From positions 1-45,580 of the IMG/VR virus record IMGVR_UViG_3300049730_000057: a stretch of DNA of 45,580 bases. One strand, given 5' to 3'. This document shows, in pieces, positions 25,348 through 35,600 of this stretch. Both the position numbers and the translations under genes were made by a program. Every line of letters begins with the position of its first letter. Position 1 is the stretch's first letter. This DNA comes from a virus. Taxonomy: Duplodnaviria > Caudoviricetes. The notes below the pieces were generated by a model. It was not told where the DNA came from, did not search any database, and worked only from the letters and a program-made list of their open reading frames with translations.

Positions 25348-26058
25348 TTATGGTCCTACGACAGTGGAACCGAGCCAGTCATAGGCACCCCCGGCATTGC
25401 GGGGGAATTGAATGGGGTCTAGGGGGAAGGTGTCGTGCTCTGGCTCACCGAAGAGCTGGGCACTTCTCAGTGTCGCAATAGCTTCATTCACATACTTCTG
25501 GGCGCTGCCTGGAGGGAGAGCCTTGATGTGCTCCATGCCCCTGAGACGGATGTATTCAATGAGGGTCCAGTCATCCGGGAAGTCTGGAACATCATTCTCA
25601 TCCAGCACAGCAGGCAGAGCGTAGTACCACAGGGTCGCCGTCACCGTGTCACTGGGGCGAGGGGTGAAGCGGATCACATTACCCTGTTTGGTGTAGTAGC
25701 AGGGCTCATTCGATCCAGTGATCCCTCTCAGGTCATAGTTCAACCACTCTTGGAATCCTTTCCGCAGCACCCGGACCTTGTGCTCAGGGATCAGAATGCC
25801 GTCCTTCACATCAATGATGAAGTCTGTCGGGAGTGTCAGTACCCCGGTACTCGTGAGGGTGATTGATTGACTGGTCAGCCTCCCGGCCATGGGGAAGATG
25901 CGGTGGAAGGTGTCGAGTCCATCCTGGAGCCAGGCGATGGTGAAGGCATTGGTGGCCAGCACTGAACCACCTGGCCGGTCATGGGCATCCAGAGCCACAC
26001 TGTCGATCTCGTCCAGGGCTCTGGCGATCAGTTGGTCACGGTTCAGCCTATTACTCAC
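25348..26058 (-). CDS. Head-tail adaptor (podovirus gp11/gp4-like)
   Basis: TLPTDF, P.YY......I.F.P.P motifs; position in the operon. Confidence 0.7.
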   Translation of the reverse strand: MSNRLNRDQLIARALDEIDSVALDAHDRPGGSVLATNAFTIAWLQDGLDTFHRIFPMAGRLTSQSITLTSTGVLTLPTDFIIDVKDGILIPEHKVRVLRKGFQEWLNYDLRGITGSNEPCYYTKQGNVIRFTPRPSDTVTATLWYYALPAVLDENDVPDFPDDWTLIEYIRLRGMEHIKALPPGSAQKYVNEAIATLRSAQLFGEPEHDTFPLDPIQFPRNAGGAYDWLGSTVVGP

Positions 26059-26121
26059 TCATACATCATCTCCTTTGATGAGGGGGGTTCTAGGGGGCCT
26101 CCCCCTAGCCTCAATCATTGT

Positions 26122-26667
26122 TCAGCTCCTTGCGGTGCGGAGGGCATCGGCCCATAGTTCGATCTGAGTGATCTGGAGCGCCTGGGCCGTGGTGGTGGCC
26201 GAGACGACGGTGCTGTACAGGCTCGTGGTGTCGTTGTTGCGGTAGGCCCGCACCCGGTAGAACTTGGTCACGCCAACCCCACCCAGCTTATTGTCCACGT
26301 ATTGGAAGCCCTGGGTGATGGTGAGCACTTGGTCATTCAGCAGGAAGCCAGCATCATCCGCCCTGCGAACCTCGTATCCCGTGATCGTTGGGTCTGCTAC
26401 CAGGTCCCAGCAGACCCCGATCCCATCATAGAAGGGAATGGCTACAGGGGTGGTGGGGGCGGGGGGAGGGCCAAAGTTTACTGGAGGAATCAGGATGTCA
26501 TTGGCCGACACCCGCTCCCCACCGGCCCCAGCATTCAAGAGATCAGCCTGACTCGCCCCAGCCTCAACCAACATATCGGACAGCTGACCGATGTAGCTGT
26601 ACAGGGAATCCAGGTCTATCTTGGCATCCCCAGTACGACTGGGAAGCTGGAGCAGCGGCAAACTCAT
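26122..26667 (-). CDS. FN3-like domain structural protein
   Basis: W......GYEV.R...Y.D......FYRVRA...S.YS. Confidence 0.65.
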   Translation of the reverse strand: MSLPLLQLPSRTGDAKIDLDSLYSYIGQLSDMLVEAGASQADLLNAGAGGERVSANDILIPPVNFGPPPAPTTPVAIPFYDGIGVCWDLVADPTITGYEVRRADDAGFLLNDQVLTITQGFQYVDNKLGGVGVTKFYRVRAYRNNDTTSLYSTVVSATTTAQALQITQIELWADALRTARS

Positions 26668-26704
26668 ACTTTGTCAGCTCGCTGCAAAGTTTGTGGCGAA
26701 GCCA

Positions 26705-28240
26705 TCAAACCGGATGCCCACCCATCACGCCACCGTAGTACCTGACCGTGCTAGTGGAGACCCAGGAGAGCTTCATCCCCATGTACCGCCCCCTGGCATC
26801 CACACCCTTCAAGTCATAGGTGGGAGCAGTGTTCAGATTGACAGTGGCTTCAGGAGACAGCACCGTCCCGCCTTCAACCTCCAGCACATTGCTGACCACA
26901 GCCTGCACCATGGCGGTGCCGAAGCCATTGAGCCTCTGGATCAGCAGCTCCAGAGAGTCCAGGCGATGGGTCTTGAGTCCCCCCATGGGATTGAGCGGAG
27001 TCTGAATGGAGGCGTTAAAGGCCTCATGTTCAGGGTGATCGATGTCCCAGCCCCTCACTCCATAGGAGGGAGTCACCTCGTCAGTGATTGCTGCAACCGG
27101 GTACGCCCTCTTCTCACTATCCCAGTATTGATAGGCAGCGGCTGCCGTCACCTCTAGCGCAAGATTCCCTAGCCAACAGGCAATCTTGGGAATGCCGTGG
27201 GCTGGATAGGGAAGGTTGACGACACAGAGACCCTTGTTCCTGATGACCCCACCCACGAGCTTGGGGTAGGCAAACACGACACTGTTGGTCCGGGGATCAT
27301 GCCACGCGGTGAGCTTGTTCCTGCTGAGGGCCCCCTGCTGAATCTCAGCGTTGATCGCTGGCCACACACCATCCCCGATCCACTCATGCTGGTTGCCGCC
27401 GTCATAGCGGGCGATGCGACCAGAAGCGGTCATGTAGTAGTCCCACCCGTCTACGGTGACCCGGGCTCCGGGGCCAGCAGGCCCCTCAATGATTCCCTTA
27501 AGCACCCACTTGAAGATGCCAGCACTATTCTCCCGACCGCTGGGGACACCCAACCAGATGCTGTCTCTCCTGTACACAATGATCCCCGCATCCCCCCGCC
27601 CGCTGATCGCGACGACAGGTTCAGTGGTATCCCCAGCAGTGTCTGCAAGGATGCGTCGGTTCGCTGACGGCCACAGGCTCAGGGAGGCCTGCTCTCCCCA
27701 CTGGATCGTGTACGGGGGGATGATGCCGACGATGCGATCGGTGGCGGTGCAGATGTCAGTCCAGAGGGGGGCTCCGGCGATGTCACTCCAGACTCCTGTC
27801 CCTTGGTACTGCTTGGGTTGGTTGGTGCCGTTGGTGATGACCAGGGTCGGAGTGAGCCCCAACACGATTTGGGTGGTCCGGGGCAAGGGGGAGCTGACGG
27901 TCAACGAGCTGCCGGTGATGTCCTGCCAGCCCCCCGAGACGAAGGCAAACCCCTTGCTGGCGGTGATGACGAAGGGGATAGCCGAGTTGGCCTCCCCCAG
28001 CCCATCGATCACCAGGCTCCCAGTGGCCAAGGGCTCCTCGTTAGCAGCCCCGCTCAACACGAGCCCGCCACCAGCCTGCACGACCCCTGGGCGACTGGTC
28101 AGGGCCCCCTTGTACAGGATGACGTTGCTGGCGTTGTACATCGAGTCAGGGGGCAGCTGGTGGGCTGGGAGGGTGCGGATGACCCCAGTAACAGGCAGGG
28201 GCCACAGGGCGATGGGGTTGCTGATGGGGTTGCTGCTCAT
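26705..28240 (-). CDS. Tail nozzle / packaged-DNA stabilisation protein (P22 gp10 / T7 gp12-like)
   Basis: NV....GAL..RPG at the N-terminus, RGRY..K at the C-terminus, beta-propeller-like composition; start ATG lies inside the TCATGA box. Confidence 0.7.
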   Translation of the reverse strand: MSSNPISNPIALWPLPVTGVIRTLPAHQLPPDSMYNASNVILYKGALTSRPGVVQAGGGLVLSGAANEEPLATGSLVIDGLGEANSAIPFVITASKGFAFVSGGWQDITGSSLTVSSPLPRTTQIVLGLTPTLVITNGTNQPKQYQGTGVWSDIAGAPLWTDICTATDRIVGIIPPYTIQWGEQASLSLWPSANRRILADTAGDTTEPVVAISGRGDAGIIVYRRDSIWLGVPSGRENSAGIFKWVLKGIIEGPAGPGARVTVDGWDYYMTASGRIARYDGGNQHEWIGDGVWPAINAEIQQGALSRNKLTAWHDPRTNSVVFAYPKLVGGVIRNKGLCVVNLPYPAHGIPKIACWLGNLALEVTAAAAYQYWDSEKRAYPVAAITDEVTPSYGVRGWDIDHPEHEAFNASIQTPLNPMGGLKTHRLDSLELLIQRLNGFGTAMVQAVVSNVLEVEGGTVLSPEATVNLNTAPTYDLKGVDARGRYMGMKLSWVSTSTVRYYGGVMGGHPV

Positions 28241-28260
28241 GACACAGCGACCCCGCAACT

Positions 28261-28320
28261 CGTATATTCAACCTTGGGACGTACAAGTATACGGACGAGT
28301 GAGACCCTCTCTTTATTCAC
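28261..28320 (-). promoter_or_regulatory. 60-bp element, copy B (intergenic)
   Basis: Matches copies A and C; CTCATGACACAG at 28236-28247. Confidence 0.75.
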
Positions 28321-28691
28321 GGGCACCATGCACCAGCCAGCGCAGGCTCCTTTTCGATCTTCTGACGGATAGCCTTTCGCTCTTCAGGCGTGTACCAGGC
28401 TGAGCAGGCTACGATCTTCAGGCTGCTTGCGAGGGACAGATACTCCTTCTCCCGGGCGGCGCCCTGCTGCTGGAGGGTCGACATGACGAGATTCAAGATT
28501 TCCTGCCGAGCCACAGCAATATCTGACCCTGAGTTCCTGATCTGAGTCTCAATCCGGTCGCCGATGTAGAGCAGAAGCCACCCCAGCGAGATGGCCAGAG
28601 CCAACACCAGGACCACGATGACCACGAGGGCCCCCTTGGCACTGATCTCGACCCCGAAGCCCTTCCCATGGAACTCTTCACCGTTGGCCAC
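28317..28691 (-). CDS. Single-pass membrane protein (possible lysis accessory)
   Basis: Long hydrophobic segment followed by a coiled region. Confidence 0.55.
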   Translation of the reverse strand: MANGEEFHGKGFGVEISAKGALVVIVVLVLALAISLGWLLLYIGDRIETQIRNSGSDIAVARQEILNLVMSTLQQQGAAREKEYLSLASSLKIVACSAWYTPEERKAIRQKIEKEPALAGAWCP

Positions 28692-30075
28692 CCAACCCCT
28701 GCCCGCCCATCCGGGTCAAGATGGACCCGAGCAGGGCGTCAATGCCGGGGTCTCGCTTGGGCACAGCTTGCTGGCCCACGTACTTGGTGGCTGTGCCCAG
28801 GGGGACGCCAGCAGCAGCAGCCCCCACCCGAGCTGATCCAGCATCCTTGGCCCCCACAGTGCCGATGAGAGAAGGAAGACGGTAGGTCTTGGACACATCC
28901 CGCTCCCCGATGGCAGCTCCACGGGTGATGGCATCAAGGAGGTCTTTGTTGTTGCTGGTCATCAGTCTCTCAGCCCAATGGTCAGCGGCCCCCTTGACTG
29001 GCGTCATGAGCCGCGTCTGCAAGGCCTCCATGTTGGGGGTGCCGTCAGGGTTCCACAGGGCCTTGTCTCCCAGGAAGCCCTTGGCAGCCTTGTATTGGTT
29101 ATAGTCCTTCAGCGCCCCCTTGTACCGTGCCTCGACACCAGGGCCAGCCTCCCGGATCAGATAGTTCTCGATCTGCTCAACCTGCTCCCGGATCATACGA
29201 CCTCGCACCGCGTTGCCTGTGCGCTCCACAGACCTCGCCATCTCTTTGCGTAGGCGCACCTGGTCCATGAGAGTCTTGGGGTCCTCCACCTCGCCAAGGG
29301 CATCCAAGGCCTCCCGCATCAGCGTGGTGCGTTGCTCAGGGGGCATGTCAGCGGCGAAGAGTTGATCCATGAAGGTTGTCGTGCGCTGTCGCACCTCCTG
29401 GGAGATGTTCTTCTCGATTGCAGCATCGGCCGCATTCATGGCCTCCTTCTGGGCCCCCTTCGCGGTGGCGGCGAACACGTTGCTCGTGAGGCCTTTCAGG
29501 TCATTAGCTGGGAGCACATTGCTGACTGAGTTGATGAGGCCCTTGGCATCAGCAGCCTTCTGAGCAGTCCCAAGGAAGTTCTGTTGGACTGCACGCTTGG
29601 CCCCACCGCCTGCCTGCCCCAGCATGCCGCTGAGGCCGGTGGTGGCCCCGCTGATGGCGGCTGAGTCATCGTTACCAGTAGCCATGTCGGTGGCAGCTGC
29701 GGTGCCTCCACCAACGAGCCCTCGGCCAGCGAGCCTGAGAGCCTTGCCAGCGATGCTGGTACCCCTGCCCAGGGGGGTGGCCAGGAGAGCGGCTTCCCCT
29801 GTCACCTGCCCAGGAGTCTCAGGGATGATGGCCTCAGCAGCCACACGGCCAAAGTTGCCGAGGGTGCCTTCCCGCTCGCCCCCTCGCTCAGGCCACAAGA
29901 AGTCAATGGCGGCCCTGCGACCCTGCCGGTAGAGGTCTCCAACCTTCTCCAGGACATCAGGGCCATCGGTCTGCATGCGTTCAGCGATGCGGTCTAGCTC
30001 TTCGTCGCTGGGGCGGACAGAGAACTCCTTGGTGTAGGTGCCGCCGTCACGAGTGTCAAACTCAAACTTAGGCAT
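28678..30075 (-). CDS. Putative internal virion / ejection protein
   Basis: A/G-rich, helical; position typical of podovirus core proteins. Confidence 0.6.
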   Translation of the reverse strand: MPKFEFDTRDGGTYTKEFSVRPSDEELDRIAERMQTDGPDVLEKVGDLYRQGRRAAIDFLWPERGGEREGTLGNFGRVAAEAIIPETPGQVTGEAALLATPLGRGTSIAGKALRLAGRGLVGGGTAAATDMATGNDDSAAISGATTGLSGMLGQAGGGAKRAVQQNFLGTAQKAADAKGLINSVSNVLPANDLKGLTSNVFAATAKGAQKEAMNAADAAIEKNISQEVRQRTTTFMDQLFAADMPPEQRTTLMREALDALGEVEDPKTLMDQVRLRKEMARSVERTGNAVRGRMIREQVEQIENYLIREAGPGVEARYKGALKDYNQYKAAKGFLGDKALWNPDGTPNMEALQTRLMTPVKGAADHWAERLMTSNNKDLLDAITRGAAIGERDVSKTYRLPSLIGTVGAKDAGSARVGAAAAGVPLGTATKYVGQQAVPKRDPGIDALLGSILTRMGGQGLGGQR

Positions 30076-31709
30076 TACTTCTCACGCCACCCTTTGCCGC
30101 TCTTCTTCTGCTTCTCTTTGTCCTCTCCAGGGGCCGTGACAGCGGGAGGCTTGGTCGGCACCCCGCGACCTTCAGCCACGCTCCTGAGGATTCTCTCGGC
30201 CTGGTTCAGGACCGCTTCAGCCGACTCCTGGGTGTCCCCAGTGGTGGCCATGAAGCTTTCCAGCAGCTCACGCTCTTTGACCGCGATGTTGGCCGTGTCA
30301 CCAGTGGCCCTGGCTTGAGTGGCCAGGGTGCCCTTGAGAGCTGAGAAGCGGCGAGCGTCAGGGTTACCGGCCTTCTCCAGCAGGAAGAGCTTGGCCCTGT
30401 TGCCTTGGACCGCATACAGGTCCTTGGCTGAGTCGCCAGTGCTCTTAGGCAGGAGCTTCTTGACCAAGGATCGGTACTCTTGGAGAGTCTCCAAGGCGGT
30501 CTTGGCAGAGGCAGCCGCATTCACCCCTGACTGGGTGACCGGGACAGCAATCTCCATGACCTCTCGCATGGGGGTCCTGGGGTCCACGGGGCCAGTACCG
30601 TCACGCTTCATCCAGAGGGCAGCGTCCTTGCCTACTGGCTCATTGCTCTTGGCTTCAGCACGCGCTTCTCGACCAGCAGCAGCCCCCGCCGCGATGGTGG
30701 CCCTGCGATCCAGCACAGCCTGCTGGCGATCCTCTCGCCGGTCTTCGAGGTTGCGCTGGTACCGTCGCTCTTCCTCAGTCATCTTCTCTTCACGGAGCTG
30801 CTTCTCTTTAGCTGTCTCAGGAAGCTCAGTGACCGAGGGGGCCTGCTGAGCTGGGAACTCAGACACCAGGCCTGCATAGGGGGCCTGACCAGGAGTGTCG
30901 ATCTGCCTCCCGGCCTCAATCGAGGTCTTGGGGGCCTGGGGACCCTTCAAGGCTCTAGCTGGCTGGGTAGGCTTGCCGGTGTAGGGGTCAATAGGCTCAT
31001 AGACACCCTCATGCTGGCGGATGTCGACCTTGGGTGGATCAAGCCAGGGGACCAGCTTCTCCACAACCTTGGGGTCTCCACCCTTGCGAAGCATCTGGAT
31101 GCCTGCCTCTACCCTCTGACGGACAGCTGGGTGGGTCTCAGCGTTCAGGGAGCCCTCCAGGGCCCCGATGTAGGCCTCAGCCTCTTGCTGCTTTGACTGG
31201 GCTTCCTGAGCCTGCTTGGCGCCAGCTTGCTGCTGACTGAGCTTCCCTCGCTCCTGCACCAGCCTCAGCTGATCAGCTACCCTGCGCTTCTGCTGTTCCT
31301 CTTCTTGCCTCCCAGCCATAATCTGCTGCAGCACTCCAGCACCACCCCCGCCACCACCACGAGGGTTGCCGTAACTCATGCCTTGGAGGCCGCCACCCAG
31401 TGCCATGAGGGCATTGCGCCAGTCGAAACCCTGACTTGGAGCCTGCTGAGGGGCCTGCTGGGGGGCCGTAGAGGGCCCCGAAATGGGGCTAGGAGGCCCC
31501 TGGGAGGGTCCAGATTGGCCAGAAGGGGCAAAGGGAGGGGTGGAGCTGGGAATGGGCCCCCTGCCCTCCTGCTGATAGATGCCCTGCGACATCTTCTGGA
31601 TGTACTCTTCGCGCTCGTCTTCGGTGTAGCCCCCAGCGTCAAAGAGTTCCTGGAGCTGCTGTACTCCCCGGGGGCCCAGCCTGCCGAACAGCTCTTGGGC
31701 TGAGGGCAC
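30075..31709 (-). CDS. Putative internal virion / ejection protein
   Basis: Q/A-rich coiled coil; position. Confidence 0.6.
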   Translation of the reverse strand: MPSAQELFGRLGPRGVQQLQELFDAGGYTEDEREEYIQKMSQGIYQQEGRGPIPSSTPPFAPSGQSGPSQGPPSPISGPSTAPQQAPQQAPSQGFDWRNALMALGGGLQGMSYGNPRGGGGGGAGVLQQIMAGRQEEEQQKRRVADQLRLVQERGKLSQQQAGAKQAQEAQSKQQEAEAYIGALEGSLNAETHPAVRQRVEAGIQMLRKGGDPKVVEKLVPWLDPPKVDIRQHEGVYEPIDPYTGKPTQPARALKGPQAPKTSIEAGRQIDTPGQAPYAGLVSEFPAQQAPSVTELPETAKEKQLREEKMTEEERRYQRNLEDRREDRQQAVLDRRATIAAGAAAGREARAEAKSNEPVGKDAALWMKRDGTGPVDPRTPMREVMEIAVPVTQSGVNAAASAKTALETLQEYRSLVKKLLPKSTGDSAKDLYAVQGNRAKLFLLEKAGNPDARRFSALKGTLATQARATGDTANIAVKERELLESFMATTGDTQESAEAVLNQAERILRSVAEGRGVPTKPPAVTAPGEDKEKQKKSGKGWREK

Positions 31710-31714
31710 TCAGA

Positions 31715-32113
31715 TCACATCCCTGTCGGGGGCCCTGGCTGGGGCCGCATGCGCTGCTGGATGCGCTGCATCAGTTCTGCTCTGGGGTCAGGAGGCCGCT
31801 GCCCCCCGCCACCCATCTCAAAGCGAGACGGCATCGGCATGCTGGGCCTCGGGGTCATGTCGGTGGGGGCTGGGCCACGCTGACCGAGGGCGGTAGGCAT
31901 GCTGCCACCCCCGCTTGGAGGGGCCCCAGGAGGGGGGCCACCGGCAGCCATGCCCTGCATCATTTGCATGAGGCGGGGGTCTCTCTGGGCACCCTGAGGG
32001 CCACCCATGTTGCCACTCTGAAGGCCACGAGCAGCCCCGCCAAGGGCCCCCATGGCCCCGCCCGCTCCACCGCCCATCGCCGCGCCTGCTCCCGCTCCCG
32101 CTCCTGCTCCCAT
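31715..32113 (-). CDS. Gly/Pro/Met-rich low-complexity virion protein
   Basis: GGAGA RBS; composition. Confidence 0.55.
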   Translation of the reverse strand: MGAGAGAGAGAAMGGGAGGAMGALGGAARGLQSGNMGGPQGAQRDPRLMQMMQGMAAGGPPPGAPPSGGGSMPTALGQRGPAPTDMTPRPSMPMPSRFEMGGGGQRPPDPRAELMQRIQQRMRPQPGPPTGM

Positions 32114-32142
32114 CCTGATCTCCCTTTCCCTGTGAACGCCTT

Positions 32143-32484
32143 TTAGCGCCCTCTCAATAGCTGCATGACGCTGTTGGTATCAAGGTCACTGTTGACTCGC
32201 CGCACACCCATCTGAGGCATCTGGGGGCGCCTCGGGAGGGTCACTGAGGGGTTCTGGAGGAAGCCCTGCATCCGGCCACCAGGGTCCTGGGCCCCACCCC
32301 CGCCATAACTCATGTTCTGGAGACCGCTACCGAGAGCCATGGCGCCCCGGGTAAGGCGCTTCCCCCCAGTATCCTGGTTGCCAGAACCAGCCATCTGGAG
32401 CAACTGGGACCAGAGGTTGTACCCGCCACCTGTGGCTGAGATGTTGCCCAGTTCAGCGGCGCTACCAGTCTCAAGACCGTACAC
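32143..32484 (-). CDS. Gly/Gln-rich hypothetical protein
   Basis: MALGSGLQNMSYG resembles MALGGGLQGMSYG in 30075-31709. Confidence 0.55.
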   Translation of the reverse strand: MYGLETGSAAELGNISATGGGYNLWSQLLQMAGSGNQDTGGKRLTRGAMALGSGLQNMSYGGGGAQDPGGRMQGFLQNPSVTLPRRPQMPQMGVRRVNSDLDTNSVMQLLRGR

Positions 32485-32659
32485 TGTCGATCAGCCCCTT
32501 GAATCGTGTCAGTGCCATCTCTTTGGTGCCCACATCAGTTGGGTACTCAGCCAGTTGCGCGGCAAAGGCCTGGAGGGCAGCGTCATAGCGCCCAGCTTCC
32601 AGGTGAAGGCGGTAGGCTGATGGGCCCAAGAAGACTGCTCGCTTGAACTCTTCATCCAT
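32471..32659 (-). CDS. Small hypothetical protein
   Basis: Abuts the upstream stop. Confidence 0.5.
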   Translation of the reverse strand: MDEEFKRAVFLGPSAYRLHLEAGRYDAALQAFAAQLAEYPTDVGTKEMALTRFKGLIDSVRS

Positions 32660-35600
32660 TTACGTGACCCCACCTGCCACTGCTCCGATAACGGTGCCGA
32701 GCATCTGGCCACCAAACTGCGCCCAGTCACGCTCATTGCGGGTGGTCTGGTACATGCGGGCCTGGTTGCTGACGGGAAGGCCAGTGATGATGGACTGCAC
32801 ATAATCACTCTCGCGCAGCAGGTTCTCCAGGTTCGACATCCTGCCCACTCCTGCAGCCTGGAGGGCAGCGTTGATGCGGTCCATCTCTCGGCCCTCCATC
32901 TGACCTCCAAAACCCATCCGCATAGCGGCTTGGTCATTGGCAGCACCAAGCATGCCGAGGTTGTTCTGCTGGAGACCGAGGCTGTAATCGAGGGCTCTGT
33001 CCTGCTGGAGGCCGAGCTGGTTCATCCAGTTCGACTCCCCAGCAGCCTGGGTGCCGTAGATGTCAGCCATGTTCCCCATCCACTGGTTGGCCCCACTCAT
33101 GCCGATGTTGGCCAGGTCAGTCTGGGCACCAAGCTGACTGCCGTACATGCTGGCGAGGGCACTGAGCGCTGCATTCTGGTCCTGTTGACGGATGCCGAAG
33201 GCTTGGGTCTGGGCCCCGAGAGTGTCCCCGGCAAGCCCACCCAGGATGTTCTGGTTGGCAGTATTGGCACCCATGAGGTTCTGGGCCATGTTCTGGGTGA
33301 AGTCTGTCCCCATGCCGATGCCTTGGAGCCCGCCACCCATGAGGGCTTGAGCCATGTTGGCGTTGACCCCCTGGCCAGCAACTCCTGACTGCATCAGTTG
33401 GCCCAGCACATCGGCATTGATACCTTGACCCTGCACCCCTGACTGAAGGAGCTGGCCCAGCATGTCGCCCTGGAGACCAGCAACCTGAAGGCCAGAGTCT
33501 CTGAGACCTTGAGCCTGTTGGATGCCAGCTTGGCCAGCGGTCAACTGACCTTGCCTCTGTTGGTTAGCCATGTCACTGGTCAACTGGCCCTGGCCAAGGC
33601 CAAACTGGAGCAGTTGAGCCAAGAGTTGATTCTGAGCCTGCTGCCCCTGGATGCCAGCCTGACGCTGACCCATGGCCTGCTGAAGATTCGCCTGCCCAGC
33701 AGCCTGCTCAGAGGCCTGACGCTGAGCGTCCATCTGAGCGGTCAACTGTTGGCCCTGGAGCCCCTGTTGCATGAGTTGGCTCATGAAGTCGGCATTGAGG
33801 CCCTGAGACTGGATGCCTGCCTGCCTGAGATCAGCACCAGCCTGCACGCCGGTCTGGCCAGCCTGCAAGGCTGCCTGACGCTGGGCCTGGTTCAGTTGCT
33901 CATTGATCTGCTGACTGCCAAGGCCTGTTTGCATCATCTGCTGAAGCATCTGAGCATCGATGCCGCCTGCCCTGAGGGCAGCGTCACGTTGCTGAGCACC
34001 AGCCTGCAACTGAGCCTGGCCAGCACCCAGGGCAGTGGCTTGGCGGGCTCGCTCAAGATCACCAGCAACCCCTTGGCCCTGTGTCCCCTGGGCCAGAAGC
34101 TGCTGCATCATGTCGGCCTGGATACCGGCTCCCTGAACGCCTGCTTGCCGGAGACCCTGACCGGCCTGGAGACCTGCCTGCCCTGCACCGAGGGCGGTGG
34201 CCTGACGGGCTCGCTCCAAGTCGCTGAGGATGCCTTGACCCTGGAGACCTTGCTGACCGAGTTGAGCGAGCAGATCGGCATTGATGCCGCCCGCCTGGAT
34301 GCCTGCTGCACGCTGCTGAGCACCAGCCTGGAGACCTGCTTGGCCCTGAGCGGTCATGGCTTGGCGCTGAGCCTGGCTCATGGCGGCATCAAGCTGACCA
34401 CCAGCGATGCCACCTTGCATCAGTTGACTGATTAGGTCTGCTTGGATACCTGCGCCCTGGACGCCTGCTGCTCTTCGCTGGCCTTCAGCAGCGAGTCCAG
34501 CCTGTCCAGCCGCTGTCTGAGCCTGTCGAACATCACCCAGCATTCCAGCGCCAACCTGTCCAGCTCCCAATCCAGATTGGAGAAGTTGTCCAAGGAGGCC
34601 CTGTTCAATGCCTCCCGTCTGGACACCAGCCTGGCGTAGACCGGCTCCAGCCTGGAGACCTGCTTGCCCAGCCATGCCTTGAAGCTGTTGCGTGTTCTGG
34701 AGAATCGGGAGGATAAGATCAGCACCCGCTCTGGCAAGGTCCTCGCCATAGGCGCCGCTTCTAACCCCGCCCAATCCTCCCTGTTGAAGTCGGTTGGCAA
34801 GCTCTCCGCCAACAACCTGCTCAAGATATTGCTGGGCTGCATTGAGCTGTCCAGTAGGATCAGTAGCTCGGTCAAAATTCTGCTGTCCCCACTGCTCAAA
34901 GCCTGTGAGCCCCATGTTTTGCTGGAGTCTCTGCTGGATGGCGGCTGCATTCTGACCCCCTTGCTGATTCATCTGGGCCAACTGTTGATTGATCCCAGTC
35001 ATCCCTTGGTCAGCATAGGACTGGCCAAGGGCGGCCTGGGCCTGCAACTCTTGCGGTGTCAGGTTCTGGTTGGCGCCCAGTTGGGCCGCCACCCCTTGCC
35101 CTGCGGCAGAGGCCTGGCCGAGCTGATTCTGGAGCCGCTGGCTCGTCTGTGCAGCGCCCATATCACCGACAGACTGATTGAAGGCTTGCATGCCCATCTG
35201 TTCCATCTGATTGCCACCCATGGCGGCCTGAAGCTGCTGGGCGATCTGCTGGGCGCCTGCATTGCCGCTCTGAGCTAGGGCCTGAATCTGTTGCATGATC
35301 TGGGGGGTCATGCCAGCACTGAGAGCCTGGTTGAGCGCCCCTTGACCCTGCTGCTCGAACTGGTTCTGCTGCATGTTCTGGCCCAAGCCAGCCGTGATGC
35401 CTTGAGCCGTTTGCTGGCCCTGCTGCTGAAGCTGTTGGAGGGCTTGCATGATGGCTTGGGTGTTGCCCTGCTGCATTGCGGTGGCAAGGGCTTGCTGGCC
35501 ACCTTGCTCGAACTGATTGCCTCCCAGTGCCCCCTGCATCTGCTGGCTAATCTGGCCTGATTGCTGGGTGCCCTGCAGGTTGAGGGCCTGGAGAGCCTGA

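Noticed and set aside
2307-28320. CRISPR or TIGR-type array formed by the 60-bp element
   Set aside because: Copies are dispersed rather than tandem, with no repeat-spacer periodicity and no Cas or Nop-domain effector seen
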